Virus record (IMG/VR): IMGVR_UViG_3300048819_000038
Coordinates: 1 to 60,909 of that record
Source of the DNA: a virus
Lineage: Duplodnaviria > Caudoviricetes
Direction: 5' to 3' (one strand)
Length of the DNA stretch: 60,909 nt
Below the pieces are notes generated by a model that was not told where the DNA came from, searched no databases, and saw only the letters and a list, made by a program, of their open reading frames with translations. The position numbers and the translations under genes were made by a program. Of the stretch, positions 26,142-36,428 are shown in pieces (position 1 is the first letter of the stretch; every line of letters starts with the position of its first letter).

Positions 26142-28463
26142 CTACAAGTAGTTTGCTATGGCTCTTGCTACAAACTGTGACGTGTTTTGCTGCGTTCCAC
26201 CCTCGCCGTACAGAGAGCCGTGACCATAGGAACTATCCAGTTGTATGATATAGAAGTCGATAGGGCTTGCTCCAATGTACGGGTGGAAGATCGAAACACG
26301 CTGACCGGCGAATAGGTTTGGGATGAAAGGCACTGATCCCATTGCGGTACTGGACGGAATGGATGCCTGCCCTCCTGCCGTGAGTACCAGATCGTTCAGC
26401 GTTCCCTGATCGGCCCACCTTCCGTTTCCCTCGATCCAGTTGGAGTAGTGACCGATCTTCTCCTTTGTGTAGGCAGGCATGTCCAGGTGCGCTTCCAGTA
26501 GTTCGTTGGTGATCGCATCAACACTCTGGAAAGTAATCTCACTACGCATCTGTGCAATGGAGTAGTTCGCCCCAAAGTTTGACAGCGGATACCACGTGGT
26601 AGCAGGGTAGAGTGCGATGGCCCTTTCCAGGTTGTAGGTAAATCCACAGGTGACGGAAAGCAGGGCCGGATGGTAAGGCTCGAAGTGGAAGTACCCATTC
26701 GCATCGAAGTACATCATGTAGGGGATGTAGTAGATCAGTCCGGTCATAGGGTCGGTGTACTCATAGCTCTCTTCCATAACGAGTTTCTGTAAGCACTGCC
26801 ACGGAGTCATAGACCTGTCGAAGACGTACCGGGGCGTATCCCCCACTCCTCTCCCCAAGATAGGGTACGGGCACGTTCCATCCGCAGGGCCATACGGCGC
26901 ATATCCATTGGTTCCAGGAGGCGTAGTCGGAGCACCGGGAGGGTAGTAGATGGCAGAGTTATCTGCCAGGGATAGCGTAGATGGGTGGATATTCCCCTTC
27001 TCGGTCAGGAACCTGACGGCAGAAAATATACACCAACCATCTAACTGAACCTCGTACCCTAGCACCACCGGAGGCTGACCATTGCCCATCATGTCCGACT
27101 TATCGAAGACGGGTACACGGATAATGTCTGCCGCAGACGCAGGGTTCTCTAGTTGGTTCCCATTATCCGCAGAGCCACAGACGCCAGTAACACGCACGAA
27201 GTTGGTAGATCCCCCGTTGATACCGGAACTTATCTGGATCGCCTGCTTTCCAACTACGCCGTTATACTGCCCGGTGTAGTTGTTGACAAACAGAGTGCCT
27301 GACCAGTATCCTACCCGATTATTCTCATCCCACACTTGGTGCTCGTCTACACGCATACACTTAGGATGAGTCACCGTAGTCGGGTTTACGCCTCCCGGAA
27401 CCGTCGTACTCCAATAGGCAGGAACGACACAGGTTCCGTCTGTGAAGCGCGGAGGCGTGGAAGAACCAAGAGCCATACCGCTATCATCCGGCTTTGTAAC
27501 GGTTGCGGTGTAGGAGAAGTTTCCAGACCCGTCATTGCTAACCGCCCCGGAGAGTGTTCCAAAGTCCTGTGTCAGTGCATTGCCGACCAGGAACGCCATA
27601 CTCGCATTAGTAGGCGGTACTACGGAGAAGTTATTCTTGACAACTACATCGGTATGGTAGTTGTACATTACTGTAAACGATGTGTACCCGTTGGAGGTAA
27701 GAACTCGTAACCTGCTGTCGATCCCTGAAAGCGGTGAGGTTCCCAGGGTAAGTTCAGGGGCCTTGTGCATTAAGACAAGTCCGTTTCCAAGATTGACAGC
27801 GAAGTAGCCTTTCAACTGGTCATGCTCCGTTTGCATGACCACGCAATCGTTGTACAGATGGAAGAACGCCTCAGTAGTGGGTAACTTCCTCCCCTGGTCT
27901 ACATCTGTCCAGGTAGTTCCGGTGTCGTAACTCACTTGAAGTCGTACAGGCCGTGAGTACTCAAAAGCCATACGATAGTCCAGCATGGAGCCATAAAGAA
28001 ACTGGACATAGACATAGCAGTTAGACGGCGTTGGTGTAGATCCTAGCGGTGGAACTCCCCTGCGAAGAACAAACTTTATGTACCGTATGTTTGTGTCGGC
28101 AGTATGTTGCCTCAGTTCGGTCGGTGTTGCCCCTGCGCCCTGGTTTGGCAGGAGGATTCCGTAGGTCGAGTACAGGGGATCAATCCAGTCGTCCTGTACA
28201 AGAAATGTTCCTATCGCGTCAAAGGTTATTCCTACGTTCCTGCCCGTAACCAACGAGCATCCATTCGGATCTAGGTACGGAGAAGACTCTCCCCATACCT
28301 CCCCGATATGATCCTTGTAGTCCCCGGTGTCGATATACCCGTCGTCCTGCTCGTTGACATCCTCTGCAATTGCAGGAAAAGCGATAGGCGGATCAACTAA
28401 GTACGAGTACTCAAACGGAATGGCGGCAATCGCTGCGGTTATCCAAGGGTTATAACTTGACAT
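26142..28463 (-). CDS. minor tail / baseplate hub protein
   Basis: Follows the tape measure gene; YFDANGYFHF motif. Confidence 0.6.
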   Translation of the reverse strand: MSSYNPWITAAIAAIPFEYSYLVDPPIAFPAIAEDVNEQDDGYIDTGDYKDHIGEVWGESSPYLDPNGCSLVTGRNVGITFDAIGTFLVQDDWIDPLYSTYGILLPNQGAGATPTELRQHTADTNIRYIKFVLRRGVPPLGSTPTPSNCYVYVQFLYGSMLDYRMAFEYSRPVRLQVSYDTGTTWTDVDQGRKLPTTEAFFHLYNDCVVMQTEHDQLKGYFAVNLGNGLVLMHKAPELTLGTSPLSGIDSRLRVLTSNGYTSFTVMYNYHTDVVVKNNFSVVPPTNASMAFLVGNALTQDFGTLSGAVSNDGSGNFSYTATVTKPDDSGMALGSSTPPRFTDGTCVVPAYWSTTVPGGVNPTTVTHPKCMRVDEHQVWDENNRVGYWSGTLFVNNYTGQYNGVVGKQAIQISSGINGGSTNFVRVTGVCGSADNGNQLENPASAADIIRVPVFDKSDMMGNGQPPVVLGYEVQLDGWCIFSAVRFLTEKGNIHPSTLSLADNSAIYYPPGAPTTPPGTNGYAPYGPADGTCPYPILGRGVGDTPRYVFDRSMTPWQCLQKLVMEESYEYTDPMTGLIYYIPYMMYFDANGYFHFEPYHPALLSVTCGFTYNLERAIALYPATTWYPLSNFGANYSIAQMRSEITFQSVDAITNELLEAHLDMPAYTKEKIGHYSNWIEGNGRWADQGTLNDLVLTAGGQASIPSSTAMGSVPFIPNLFAGQRVSIFHPYIGASPIDFYIIQLDSSYGHGSLYGEGGTQQNTSQFVARAIANYL

Positions 28464-28477
28464 ATTGTTCCTCTATA

Positions 28478-28494
28478 GTAACCAAATTGGTTAC
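28478..28494. repeat. 17-bp palindrome copy 12
   Basis: tataGTAACCAAATTGGTTACtata. Confidence 0.95.
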
Positions 28495-31400
28495 TATACC
28501 TGCTGCCCTCTTCCGTAGGACGCCCTTGCATTAAACGTAGAGGATTGCAGGTTGCCGTTAAGATTACCAAGGGCTTCCCCTGTCCTGGCTCCTCCACCGG
28601 GAGTAGTATTCTTTGTAGAACTACCTTGCATTAGTTTGACCATCTGCTCTAGTAGTTCTACCATCTTTTGCTGTTGGTGCTGCGACACTCCTGTTGCTGC
28701 ACCTGGGTAAGACATCGGGCCGGATAGGTTCTTCGGGTTTAGTGCATCCAGGGCGTGAAATCCGGGAGAATCAAACTGCGAGAAGAAGTCGTTCTGGTAC
28801 TGTAACTGCTGACCGTTCCTTGCTCCGAAGCCTACCTGCGGAGATCCACGGTTCCATACTGCGGTTCGTGCGAGAGATATACTGTTCATCCTACCGAAGA
28901 AGGATGGTCTTCCTCCGGAGAAAGCGAGGGCGCGATCCTGTCCACCTTCGGCAAGATGTCCGAGATCCCTGGCCTGTTCGGTCATAAGACCTTGGATCTC
29001 ATTGAACTGGCCTAACTGTTCCTCTTCGGTAAGACTGCCACTGGCGACCTGTGCAGCGTATCGAGATTGACGCTGCTGTATGTAAGGCGCACGCATTCCC
29101 ATACGCTGCATGGAGAGGACGAGTCCGTACCCAGGCATGTTGGGTAGGTATTGTCTGCGCTGCTCTTGGCCTTCCAGTGCAGACATAGGCAGACCATAAC
29201 TCATAATATCTTGTTCGCGGTAGGCTTGTAGTTGCGCCCTGCGTTTCTGTTCTCCGAGTTGAGCGAATGTAAGGCTGTCAGATCCCCCTGGTAGGGATGC
29301 GATATTTTCCTGCTGTGTTGAGAGTGATGATACTGCCCTGCTGCCCTGTGACCTCGGAAACGTCTCTGAGAACTGCATAATCCTGCTGAGTGTTTGCTGA
29401 TTACTACTAACGCGCATTAAGTCTTTCAGGCCAACGCGAGGGTTATCCCCGAAGACGGTTGTATCCTGAACAAAGTAATCTGTGTCGGATACTCCATGCT
29501 TCATCAGGATGTCTGCTATGTTGCCACCCGTCTGATTGATTCCTGCGATGATTGGCGCAACGCTCTTATCGAAGATTGCCCTTCCCGCATCACCCCACCG
29601 CTTGTCCGCATTCTCTGCAAGCCATGTATAGAGGCTCTGCTGCTCTGTGGTCTTAAACCTATCCCGGAAATTGATTGCGTTTCCTATTGCGACCTGTGCG
29701 GCAGGTATGCCGAATATCTTGTCAATACCTCCCGACCTATCAAAGTTTCGCTCTCCTTCGCGGATCGCAGCGTCTCCACGACTTCCTGGAATAGTCGCAT
29801 CTGAGAAGCCACCACGTGTCATCTGTTCAGGGTTAATGCCAGCCTCAATCAGTGCTCCGTAAGCACTGCCGTATGTCTTTGCAAGATCCTGCGGGGTCAT
29901 GTAGTATTGTGTATAGTCTGGTACTTCTTTCCCGTCCTTGTCGGTAGTTGTTTTTCCTCTGCTCCAAAAATCCTTTCCAATAATATCCGCCATCTTATTC
30001 GCACGATCCGTCATACGTTCTACGCCGCCAAGAACAGGGTTGACATACCTATCAGTCATCCCCGGATCGTGCATACGCGCCCTGTCTGGATTTCGCACTC
30101 TAGTCCAAGATCCGTAATCTCCAGCATAGGAGGCAGCAAGGGAGGCAGCAGGGAGCAGGCCGCGCTGCATAGTGATGTCTTTTATCTGCTCCGCTACTGT
30201 ATAGTTAGCAACCTGGCTACCGACCTGGGAACCAATGCCTGCCCCGATTACCGTGCCGTATCCTGGGAATAAGGAGCCTATCCCTGCGCCAACCAGACCT
30301 CCAACCAAGCCTCCCTGTGCTCCTGCCTCTGCGCCCATATCCCTCCTTCCGGTAGAGATATAAGATACTTGGGCCTGGGCCTCTGCCGCCGCAAACTCGC
30401 CACCTGCGACTAACGCCCCCTTCGCGAAACGCATACCGTACCCCGGCAAAGCGTTTATGAACTGTTGGCGAATTGCCATCATCTGCCCAGGTGAACCAAA
30501 CTGATAGTTACCAGGGTTGGCGAATCCTCCGGTTAGCGTAGGTGCGCCGGGTGGTGTAGGTGGCCCGTAAGACATCGGGTACAGTGGAGAACTTGGCCCC
30601 ATACTCTGCGGGGCAGCATTCGCCCACATACGAATACCTGCATCTGATATAGAAGTTCTACTACCTATATTGCCAGTCTCGGCGTTGTATATATTATTTA
30701 CTTGTGCCCGTGTAATCCCCCCTGGCCCGTCAGGGGACAGAGACTTATTCCTTGCATTGATGAGGCGTTGTAATCTTTTCGCAGAACGCACGTCCGTCCC
30801 AAAGTCATACAACTCCTCATCGCTCATGTTTATATCGGCGGCAGTATATCCTTCACCTTGGTATTCCTTGACGAGACGGTTCTTTCTTTTGAAGTTCATT
30901 CTTCCGCGCTTGGAAAGGTTATCACTGGAAATTTTAGCACTTAATTCATCTGCTGCTAACTGTGCATCATTTAATTCCTCTGTGGTTATATCTTGTTCTA
31001 AACCAGAAGTGAAGCTACCTAAATTGACTTGACTTCTAAGCCGTTTTATCCTCCTCTGTCTTTGGAATTCTTTTTGATTATACCTAGCCAGGATGGAAGA
31101 CTCACGAGCAGGAGTAACCACATCCTTGAGGTTTACTACACTGCCAGTCTCGTTTATAAATCCGGTATCCTCCTCAATACCTAGAGACATATTATTTAAT
31201 GACTTATAAGCCTCATTGAGACGTAATTCTTCAATCCGGCTAGAAGCCCTGGTTAAACTTCGCTCTCCTCTCTCATCAATTCGCGCCATGCGACGATTGG
31301 AAGTGTCTATCCGGCTATAAGCCCTGTCTACAAGAGAGTCTGCCCTTAACTCGGATCGGTTCTCTTGTAGAATATCCCGTTTCCATTTTGCCGCATTCCT

Positions 31401-31973
31401 GTCCTCGAATATCTGCTGCGCGTATGGGCCAGCAAACGCAGACGGTGTAGAGTACTGAGATTGGCTGGAGTACGCCTGTGTAAATGCTAAGCTGGACTGT
31501 GATGGTATAAATGGTCGATGTGGGCCTGCCTGAGACGGGTACATAGGCTGATGCACAACAGGCGGTGTACCTGCCGGTGGGACTCCTGATCCTCCTCCCA
31601 AGTTAGACATTGCGGAGTTCAGGATCGACAGCATGTTGTTTACCTCAGAGTCGGAAAAAGATCCGCTCTGAGAAGACACAGGCCGCGTTACGGAGGGTAG
31701 GGTTCCGGAGGAGACAGGAGATGGTATGGACGGACTTGGAGGAGTTATTCCTACAGGGCCAGGGACAGCAGACTGAGAACTGGCAGACTTAGCCGCAGCA
31801 CCGGCAGCAAGTTTAGAGGCTCCCCCTGCCGATTGCGTTCCCTGCTGCATATTGTAGTTCACAGATACAGCCTGTGCAACATTTGCGACAGTGTTCTGTA
31901 TGGAGGCGACGGACTGCTGATCTGCCTCAAACTTAACACCGACAGTTATATCATGGTTTCCCTGTTTGCCCAT
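28494..31973 (-). CDS. tape measure protein
   Basis: 1159 aa, Ala/Gly/Gln-rich, GG.VGA.IG..FPG.GT.IGA.IG segment, follows the chaperone pair. Confidence 0.75.
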   Translation of the reverse strand: MGKQGNHDITVGVKFEADQQSVASIQNTVANVAQAVSVNYNMQQGTQSAGGASKLAAGAAAKSASSQSAVPGPVGITPPSPSIPSPVSSGTLPSVTRPVSSQSGSFSDSEVNNMLSILNSAMSNLGGGSGVPPAGTPPVVHQPMYPSQAGPHRPFIPSQSSLAFTQAYSSQSQYSTPSAFAGPYAQQIFEDRNAAKWKRDILQENRSELRADSLVDRAYSRIDTSNRRMARIDERGERSLTRASSRIEELRLNEAYKSLNNMSLGIEEDTGFINETGSVVNLKDVVTPARESSILARYNQKEFQRQRRIKRLRSQVNLGSFTSGLEQDITTEELNDAQLAADELSAKISSDNLSKRGRMNFKRKNRLVKEYQGEGYTAADINMSDEELYDFGTDVRSAKRLQRLINARNKSLSPDGPGGITRAQVNNIYNAETGNIGSRTSISDAGIRMWANAAPQSMGPSSPLYPMSYGPPTPPGAPTLTGGFANPGNYQFGSPGQMMAIRQQFINALPGYGMRFAKGALVAGGEFAAAEAQAQVSYISTGRRDMGAEAGAQGGLVGGLVGAGIGSLFPGYGTVIGAGIGSQVGSQVANYTVAEQIKDITMQRGLLPAASLAASYAGDYGSWTRVRNPDRARMHDPGMTDRYVNPVLGGVERMTDRANKMADIIGKDFWSRGKTTTDKDGKEVPDYTQYYMTPQDLAKTYGSAYGALIEAGINPEQMTRGGFSDATIPGSRGDAAIREGERNFDRSGGIDKIFGIPAAQVAIGNAINFRDRFKTTEQQSLYTWLAENADKRWGDAGRAIFDKSVAPIIAGINQTGGNIADILMKHGVSDTDYFVQDTTVFGDNPRVGLKDLMRVSSNQQTLSRIMQFSETFPRSQGSRAVSSLSTQQENIASLPGGSDSLTFAQLGEQKRRAQLQAYREQDIMSYGLPMSALEGQEQRRQYLPNMPGYGLVLSMQRMGMRAPYIQQRQSRYAAQVASGSLTEEEQLGQFNEIQGLMTEQARDLGHLAEGGQDRALAFSGGRPSFFGRMNSISLARTAVWNRGSPQVGFGARNGQQLQYQNDFFSQFDSPGFHALDALNPKNLSGPMSYPGAATGVSQHQQQKMVELLEQMVKLMQGSSTKNTTPGGGARTGEALGNLNGNLQSSTFNARASYGRGQQV

Positions 31974-31988
31974 CGTAACCTCCGACGA

Positions 31989-32005
31989 GTAACCAAATTG
32001 GTTAC
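31989..32005. repeat. 17-bp palindrome copy 13 (extends 31984-32010)
   Basis: gacgaGTAACCAAATTGGTTACtcgtc. Confidence 0.95.
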
Positions 32006-32268
32006 TCGTCCTTGCCGTAAACCATCTTTAAGAACTGATCCCTCTGTTGCTCGTAGACCTTGCGTGCCGCACTTTCGTGATCCCTGCCGTACTTCTTAAC
32101 AAGATAGTCGAACTGAATGGCTATCTCTAACGGCTGATCCGCAACGGTGGGGTACGACATCAGGGCAGGATCACTCTTCCATCGTACCCACTCTAGGAAC
32201 GCAGGCGACCACACCCTTTTCATATTGTATCGTAGGTCTTCTACCTGCTTATCCAGATATGCCTCGAA
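32002..32268 (-). CDS. tail assembly chaperone, frameshifted (gpT-like) part
   Basis: The +1 frame is open from the end of the upstream gene; no RBS before ATG 32223. Confidence 0.6.
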   Translation of the reverse strand, partial: FEAYLDKQVEDLRYNMKRVWSPAFLEWVRWKSDPALMSYPTVADQPLEIAIQFDYLVKKYGRDHESAARKVYEQQRDQFLKMVYGKDE

Positions 32269-32773
32269 ACGATTTCGGGTCGCCTTTGTACCTCACCCAT
32301 ATCAGATTAACGAGATAGAAACCAACCTTGTCCGGCAGCATCCCGATCCCTTTTTCAGAGACGGGGAGGATCTTACTTTCATCGGTCGGGTTCTGGAAGT
32401 CCCAACCCTCGATTACCTGCGCGGCGAAGGCATCCCTTTGCCGACTCTGCTGATACGTCACCATGCCAGTGTCCGGATCAGTTACGTAGAGGGACTGTTC
32501 GGCTTTCAGGTTATCCTTACGATACACGTTGTCTTTGAGGGCTACGGTGTACCACCTTCCGTCCTTGTAGGGAGTCCAGTGCATCACTTCTCTCAGTGTC
32601 ACCTCTCCCGACTTTGGGCCGTCTATGAGTGTAACCAGGATATTGTCTAAATCCTCTTCGGTGGCGCAGTGAGTAACCCCATCTTCATTCCAGACAAACA
32701 GTTTGATTTCAGGCACTTGGGTTTCCTGTAGGCTACGTAGTATTACTCGTAACCCAAATCTTCGTTTCCGCAC
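32249..32773 (-). CDS. tail assembly chaperone (gpG-like)
   Basis: Between the tail tube and tape measure genes; I.GWDF motif; GTG start after AAAGGAAA. Confidence 0.7.
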   Translation of the reverse strand: MRKRRFGLRVILRSLQETQVPEIKLFVWNEDGVTHCATEEDLDNILVTLIDGPKSGEVTLREVMHWTPYKDGRWYTVALKDNVYRKDNLKAEQSLYVTDPDTGMVTYQQSRQRDAFAAQVIEGWDFQNPTDESKILPVSEKGIGMLPDKVGFYLVNLIWVRYKGDPKSFRGISG

Positions 32774-32821
32774 GAAGATTTCCTTTCCGCAAAATAGTAG
32801 TGTCATTGTACCACAAGTCGC

Positions 32822-32893
32822 CTATGGTAGCAAGGCGCGGAACTTCCTTGCTACCATAGTACGCTTAACGCTATGGTACGGGTTAGCGTTAAG
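32822..32893. terminator. two tandem hairpins after the tail tube gene
   Basis: CTATGGTAGCAAGG/CCTTGCTACCATAG and CTTAACGCTA/TAGCGTTAAG. Confidence 0.55.
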
Positions 32894-32905
32894 ATTGGTA
32901 GCCTG

Positions 32906-33850
32906 TTAGTACGCGGCGAAGACGCATGGGTTCCCGCCACTGGAAATGTCAAACAGGCTATAGGTTCGTACGGTAGACATGATACCAGGGATGACGTTCT
33001 CTACCATGTTGTCCAGGTTGAGCAGCAGGGAAAGAGAGAACCTTCCGGTGGTAGATGTCTTGTCCGTACAGAAGTTTATTGTGCAAGTGCTGCTGGCAAC
33101 CGTACTTGCATCCGACTCTTGCTCAACTGTCAGAAGGCCCGACAGTTGACTGGACACAATATCCTCCGGAGCCCTGTCACCGTTGAAATGGTACTGCGGA
33201 GTCTGTGGGCGGATAATCATTACATTGAACGACTTCACCGCATTCATTCCGGTAATAGAGGTAGCGATCACGTTTGCCGCTAGACCTGCGTCTGGATAGC
33301 CCGGAGTGGTGAACGTTGGAGCCGCCGGTATCACTTCTCCACTAGCCAGTGTTGTGCCATACGGACACTCCGGAGTTCCGTTTGCGGTGTCTCCCCATCG
33401 GCAGTTATAGGCAAGCCGGGTGGCAATCGGCCCACTTACAGCAGAGCCGGATAGCTCCACCATACCACATCGGCCCCAATTGTACTGACGCTGGACGATC
33501 TCATCGTTGAGGGCGAAATCGAACAGGTCGGTATTGTTGTCCGTGCCAAGCCCTAGGCAGCTATTGAAGAAAGCCGCGTCCGACCAACCGATAGATCCGG
33601 GAAGCGTAGCTGTAGAGTTGTAAGGCTTCAGGTACGTGTGGATCTGTAGTGCAGGCGACCCACGACCGATCACCACGGAGTTAGGGTATCCTCCACGGTT
33701 CACGACATTCATGTAGCTATTGTTTCGGGGACTGCTCGGATTGACTTCTAGGGAGAGGATATTCCTCTGTGCTCCATTGGATAGACCGCCGCCAGCAGTC
33801 CCCGATCTTTTCATTGCGGCTACCCACCCGGTAAAACCATGATCTGCCAT
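32906..33850 (-). CDS. major tail tube protein
   Basis: Position, size (314 aa), G/T/S-rich beta composition. Confidence 0.6.
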   Translation of the reverse strand: MADHGFTGWVAAMKRSGTAGGGLSNGAQRNILSLEVNPSSPRNNSYMNVVNRGGYPNSVVIGRGSPALQIHTYLKPYNSTATLPGSIGWSDAAFFNSCLGLGTDNNTDLFDFALNDEIVQRQYNWGRCGMVELSGSAVSGPIATRLAYNCRWGDTANGTPECPYGTTLASGEVIPAAPTFTTPGYPDAGLAANVIATSITGMNAVKSFNVMIIRPQTPQYHFNGDRAPEDIVSSQLSGLLTVEQESDASTVASSTCTINFCTDKTSTTGRFSLSLLLNLDNMVENVIPGIMSTVRTYSLFDISSGGNPCVFAAY

Positions 33851-33863
33851 AGAAATCCCTTCC

Positions 33864-34136
33864 TTACTTTACAACCGTGGCAAGCAGAGCCTTGTTGTAG
33901 CTAATGAACGAGCGCAGGTGACGACTGTTCGCGTCCACCCCGTTCGGTATGCGTCCCTCCACACTCACGATTACCGCCTGAATCTCCTTGTAGAGATCGT
34001 TTACTACTCCCGAATTTGCAGTTTCCTGATCGGTAATCTGTGAAGGACTGAGCGGTTCCGGATGGATAGGCTGTCCTCCTAATTGGACTACAGGAGCCTG
34101 ATACGATGTATCTTCCATATCATTTAGTTCTGACAT
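33864..34136 (-). CDS. hypothetical protein
   Basis: AAGGAG RBS, ATG at 34136. Confidence 0.55.
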   Translation of the reverse strand: MSELNDMEDTSYQAPVVQLGGQPIHPEPLSPSQITDQETANSGVVNDLYKEIQAVIVSVEGRIPNGVDANSRHLRSFISYNKALLATVVK

Positions 34137-34149
34137 CTCATTCTCCTTA

Positions 34150-34166
34150 GTAACCAAATTGGTTAC
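34150..34166. repeat. 17-bp palindrome copy 14
   Basis: Supplies the TAA stop on the - strand, followed by AAGGAG. Confidence 0.95.
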
Positions 34167-34765
34167 TGTATAATGCACTCATGCGTTGCTAGTACGCCGT
34201 AGTAGATACGACTACCTGCTTCTCCCATACCCCTGCGAAAGAAACCTTTGGACAGATTAGTGCAGTTGCACATCTGCATCGTGTCCCCGCTTGGATCATA
34301 GATCGTACTGGTAAGCGGGATAAGTCCGTTATGGATGTTGTTGAGTACTCCGTCAAATAGCCAGTCTGCGGCAATCTCAGAAGCCACTATCCTGGCATTC
34401 CTCTGGTCGTCCGAGTCCTCAAAGTTGAAGACATCGTAATGGAAGTAGAGAGAGACTTCTGTAATACGAGTCTGCTTCTTAATACCGCCGATGTAGATAA
34501 ACTCGCCGGTAGCATCCAGCCCGTTATGCCTTGCCCCCGCAGAGACAGATATTCTCAGGTATCCTGTAGAGATGTCCCACGCGCCTTCTACATCTCCCAG
34601 GATCACCATTCCTGTGTTTAGTCCTCCCCACTGTGCAAAGAACTGCTGCGTGACGGGGAAGTTCTGCAAGGCGGTATCAAGGTTCGCTATGTTATTCTGC
34701 AATAGAAGTTGCATAGCGAGTAGCCTTGCGTAACCTAATCCGATTGATGTTGGACTCCAAGGCAT
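34163..34765 (-). CDS. putative tail terminator / neck protein
   Basis: Synteny only. Confidence 0.45.
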   Translation of the reverse strand: MPWSPTSIGLGYARLLAMQLLLQNNIANLDTALQNFPVTQQFFAQWGGLNTGMVILGDVEGAWDISTGYLRISVSAGARHNGLDATGEFIYIGGIKKQTRITEVSLYFHYDVFNFEDSDDQRNARIVASEIAADWLFDGVLNNIHNGLIPLTSTIYDPSGDTMQMCNCTNLSKGFFRRGMGEAGSRIYYGVLATHECIIQ

Positions 34766-36018
34766 TACTCTACCCCCTTCTTAATCTTCAAAGCGTCCGA
34801 CATGAGTTGGAAGACATAATCAGATACTTCTGATATTTGTGCAGGAGTCAACTGGAATACTTCCGGGTGCGGCTTGGAAGCTGTAACGCTGTAGGTGGTA
34901 TGCCATCCGCCGAAGCTAAGGTTTCCGGACTCATACCCGGAGTAGAACCGCATCACGTGCTCACTGTCCGAAGCGATGATAGCCCTGCGACCATCAAATA
35001 CCATTGCGCCGTACCACCGCGTACTTCGTTGTTCCTCATCGTCTCCAGGATTAAATCCTCCACCCTCTTTGCGGTCATAAGCAATATCTCTTCCGGGTCG
35101 TGGTGGGCGTGTTAGGTCGGCAAGTGTTACCGATATGGTAACGGACTTACTATTATCACCGACCTTCTGCTGGACTTCCGCAGTCTCAATAGACTTGCGG
35201 AGCGTACCGGATATGTTGTTAATACCACTATTGTCAAAGTTTGCCAGGATATAGGATCGTACCTTTTTTCCTATCTGTTGCTGTAACTCAGGATCGGTAT
35301 TAAGGTCGAAGTCTACGACAGTATCTTTGAAATCGTACCTACCCAACTTATTACGAACCGCAGTTAGTTTTATCTCTCCCCTGGTCTTGCTCTGACGAAC
35401 ACCGTTCGGTAGTAACTGATTGAACCGGGACAAGTCGCCAGGAGTATAGTCGGTTGTAGTAAAACTCGGCGTCTCGTACTGCTTGGCAGGACTCAGTGTG
35501 CTGATAAGATTATAGTTCTGCCTATCGGTCGCAAAGATGGAAGCCTCACCACCTGGAGTACGCACTACTCTTCCAGGTGGTTGTACCCACTCGCTTCTAC
35601 TATCACCTTCGTCTCCCTTGGAGTTTCGCCAATATCCCTGACGCTCCTGGTACTCCTGTCCTCCTAACATCCGGTAGGTTCCGTCTGCATTCCGAGCAAA
35701 TAAGTCTCGCTGTTCACCGCGCATTTGGCTCATAGAGGGCACTTCTGGAAATGTTCCTTCAAAGTGGCTTCCCATATAGTTAGCAATACGCTGCGAGAGT
35801 TGGTTCCTTCCGGTCGGCCCCTGTCTAAACAGGCCGTACATCTCGTCAATGGCAGGCTTGGGGCGTCTTAGATCGTACACCTCCTGCATGAACCCGGCAG
35901 CACTATCCTCCATGTCGTACAGGTAGCGCATGAACCCACGATCTTGTAGGATGGGATCTTGAGGTTCATAGAACTGTCCTAAGTCCTGCTGTATATACTC
36001 TAGGTAATCGTCTGCCAT
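34765..36018 (-). CDS. putative neck / tail-completion protein
   Basis: SGTLRKSI...YG..V..G motif like HK97 gp10 proteins, with a long N-terminal extension. Confidence 0.45.
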   Translation of the reverse strand: MADDYLEYIQQDLGQFYEPQDPILQDRGFMRYLYDMEDSAAGFMQEVYDLRRPKPAIDEMYGLFRQGPTGRNQLSQRIANYMGSHFEGTFPEVPSMSQMRGEQRDLFARNADGTYRMLGGQEYQERQGYWRNSKGDEGDSRSEWVQPPGRVVRTPGGEASIFATDRQNYNLISTLSPAKQYETPSFTTTDYTPGDLSRFNQLLPNGVRQSKTRGEIKLTAVRNKLGRYDFKDTVVDFDLNTDPELQQQIGKKVRSYILANFDNSGINNISGTLRKSIETAEVQQKVGDNSKSVTISVTLADLTRPPRPGRDIAYDRKEGGGFNPGDDEEQRSTRWYGAMVFDGRRAIIASDSEHVMRFYSGYESGNLSFGGWHTTYSVTASKPHPEVFQLTPAQISEVSDYVFQLMSDALKIKKGVE

Positions 36019-36019
36019 T

Positions 36020-36397
36020 TTAGTTCTGTCTCAGGAAGTAGGCGATCCGAACGATGTTCACATTCGAGAGCGGGTAGGTTCTTACCAGGGATGCTACCCT
36101 ATCATGTCCATCGAAGTTTACCAGATCCATCTCCTTGATGTCTGCATCCGGCAAGAAGTAGAGAATATCGTGGTTGTCCATAGACATCTGATTGGACATC
36201 CCAAATGGGTTGACGGCCCCAGGATACGGGTTACTTACGAGTAGCTGCGCCATGCAGGTGAGCGTTGCAGTAGACTCTGCCTGCCAGGAACCATTCGTAA
36301 GTTTGCGTTTCGGTCTTGTACGAACGACATTACTACCGAACTCTTTAATTGCTGCGGCGATGGCGATAGCCGCCTGCTGTGCATCACTGAGTGCCAT
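36020..36397 (-). CDS. head-closure protein
   Basis: Size, synteny, DIKE.D.V..DG motif. Confidence 0.55.
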   Translation of the reverse strand: MALSDAQQAAIAIAAAIKEFGSNVVRTRPKRKLTNGSWQAESTATLTCMAQLLVSNPYPGAVNPFGMSNQMSMDNHDILYFLPDADIKEMDLVNFDGHDRVASLVRTYPLSNVNIVRIAYFLRQN

Positions 36398-36411
36398 ATC
36401 TATTACCCATA

Positions 36412-36428
36412 GTAACCAATTTGGTTAC
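36412..36428. repeat. 17-bp palindrome copy 15
   Basis: Supplies the TAA stop on the - strand. Confidence 0.95.
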
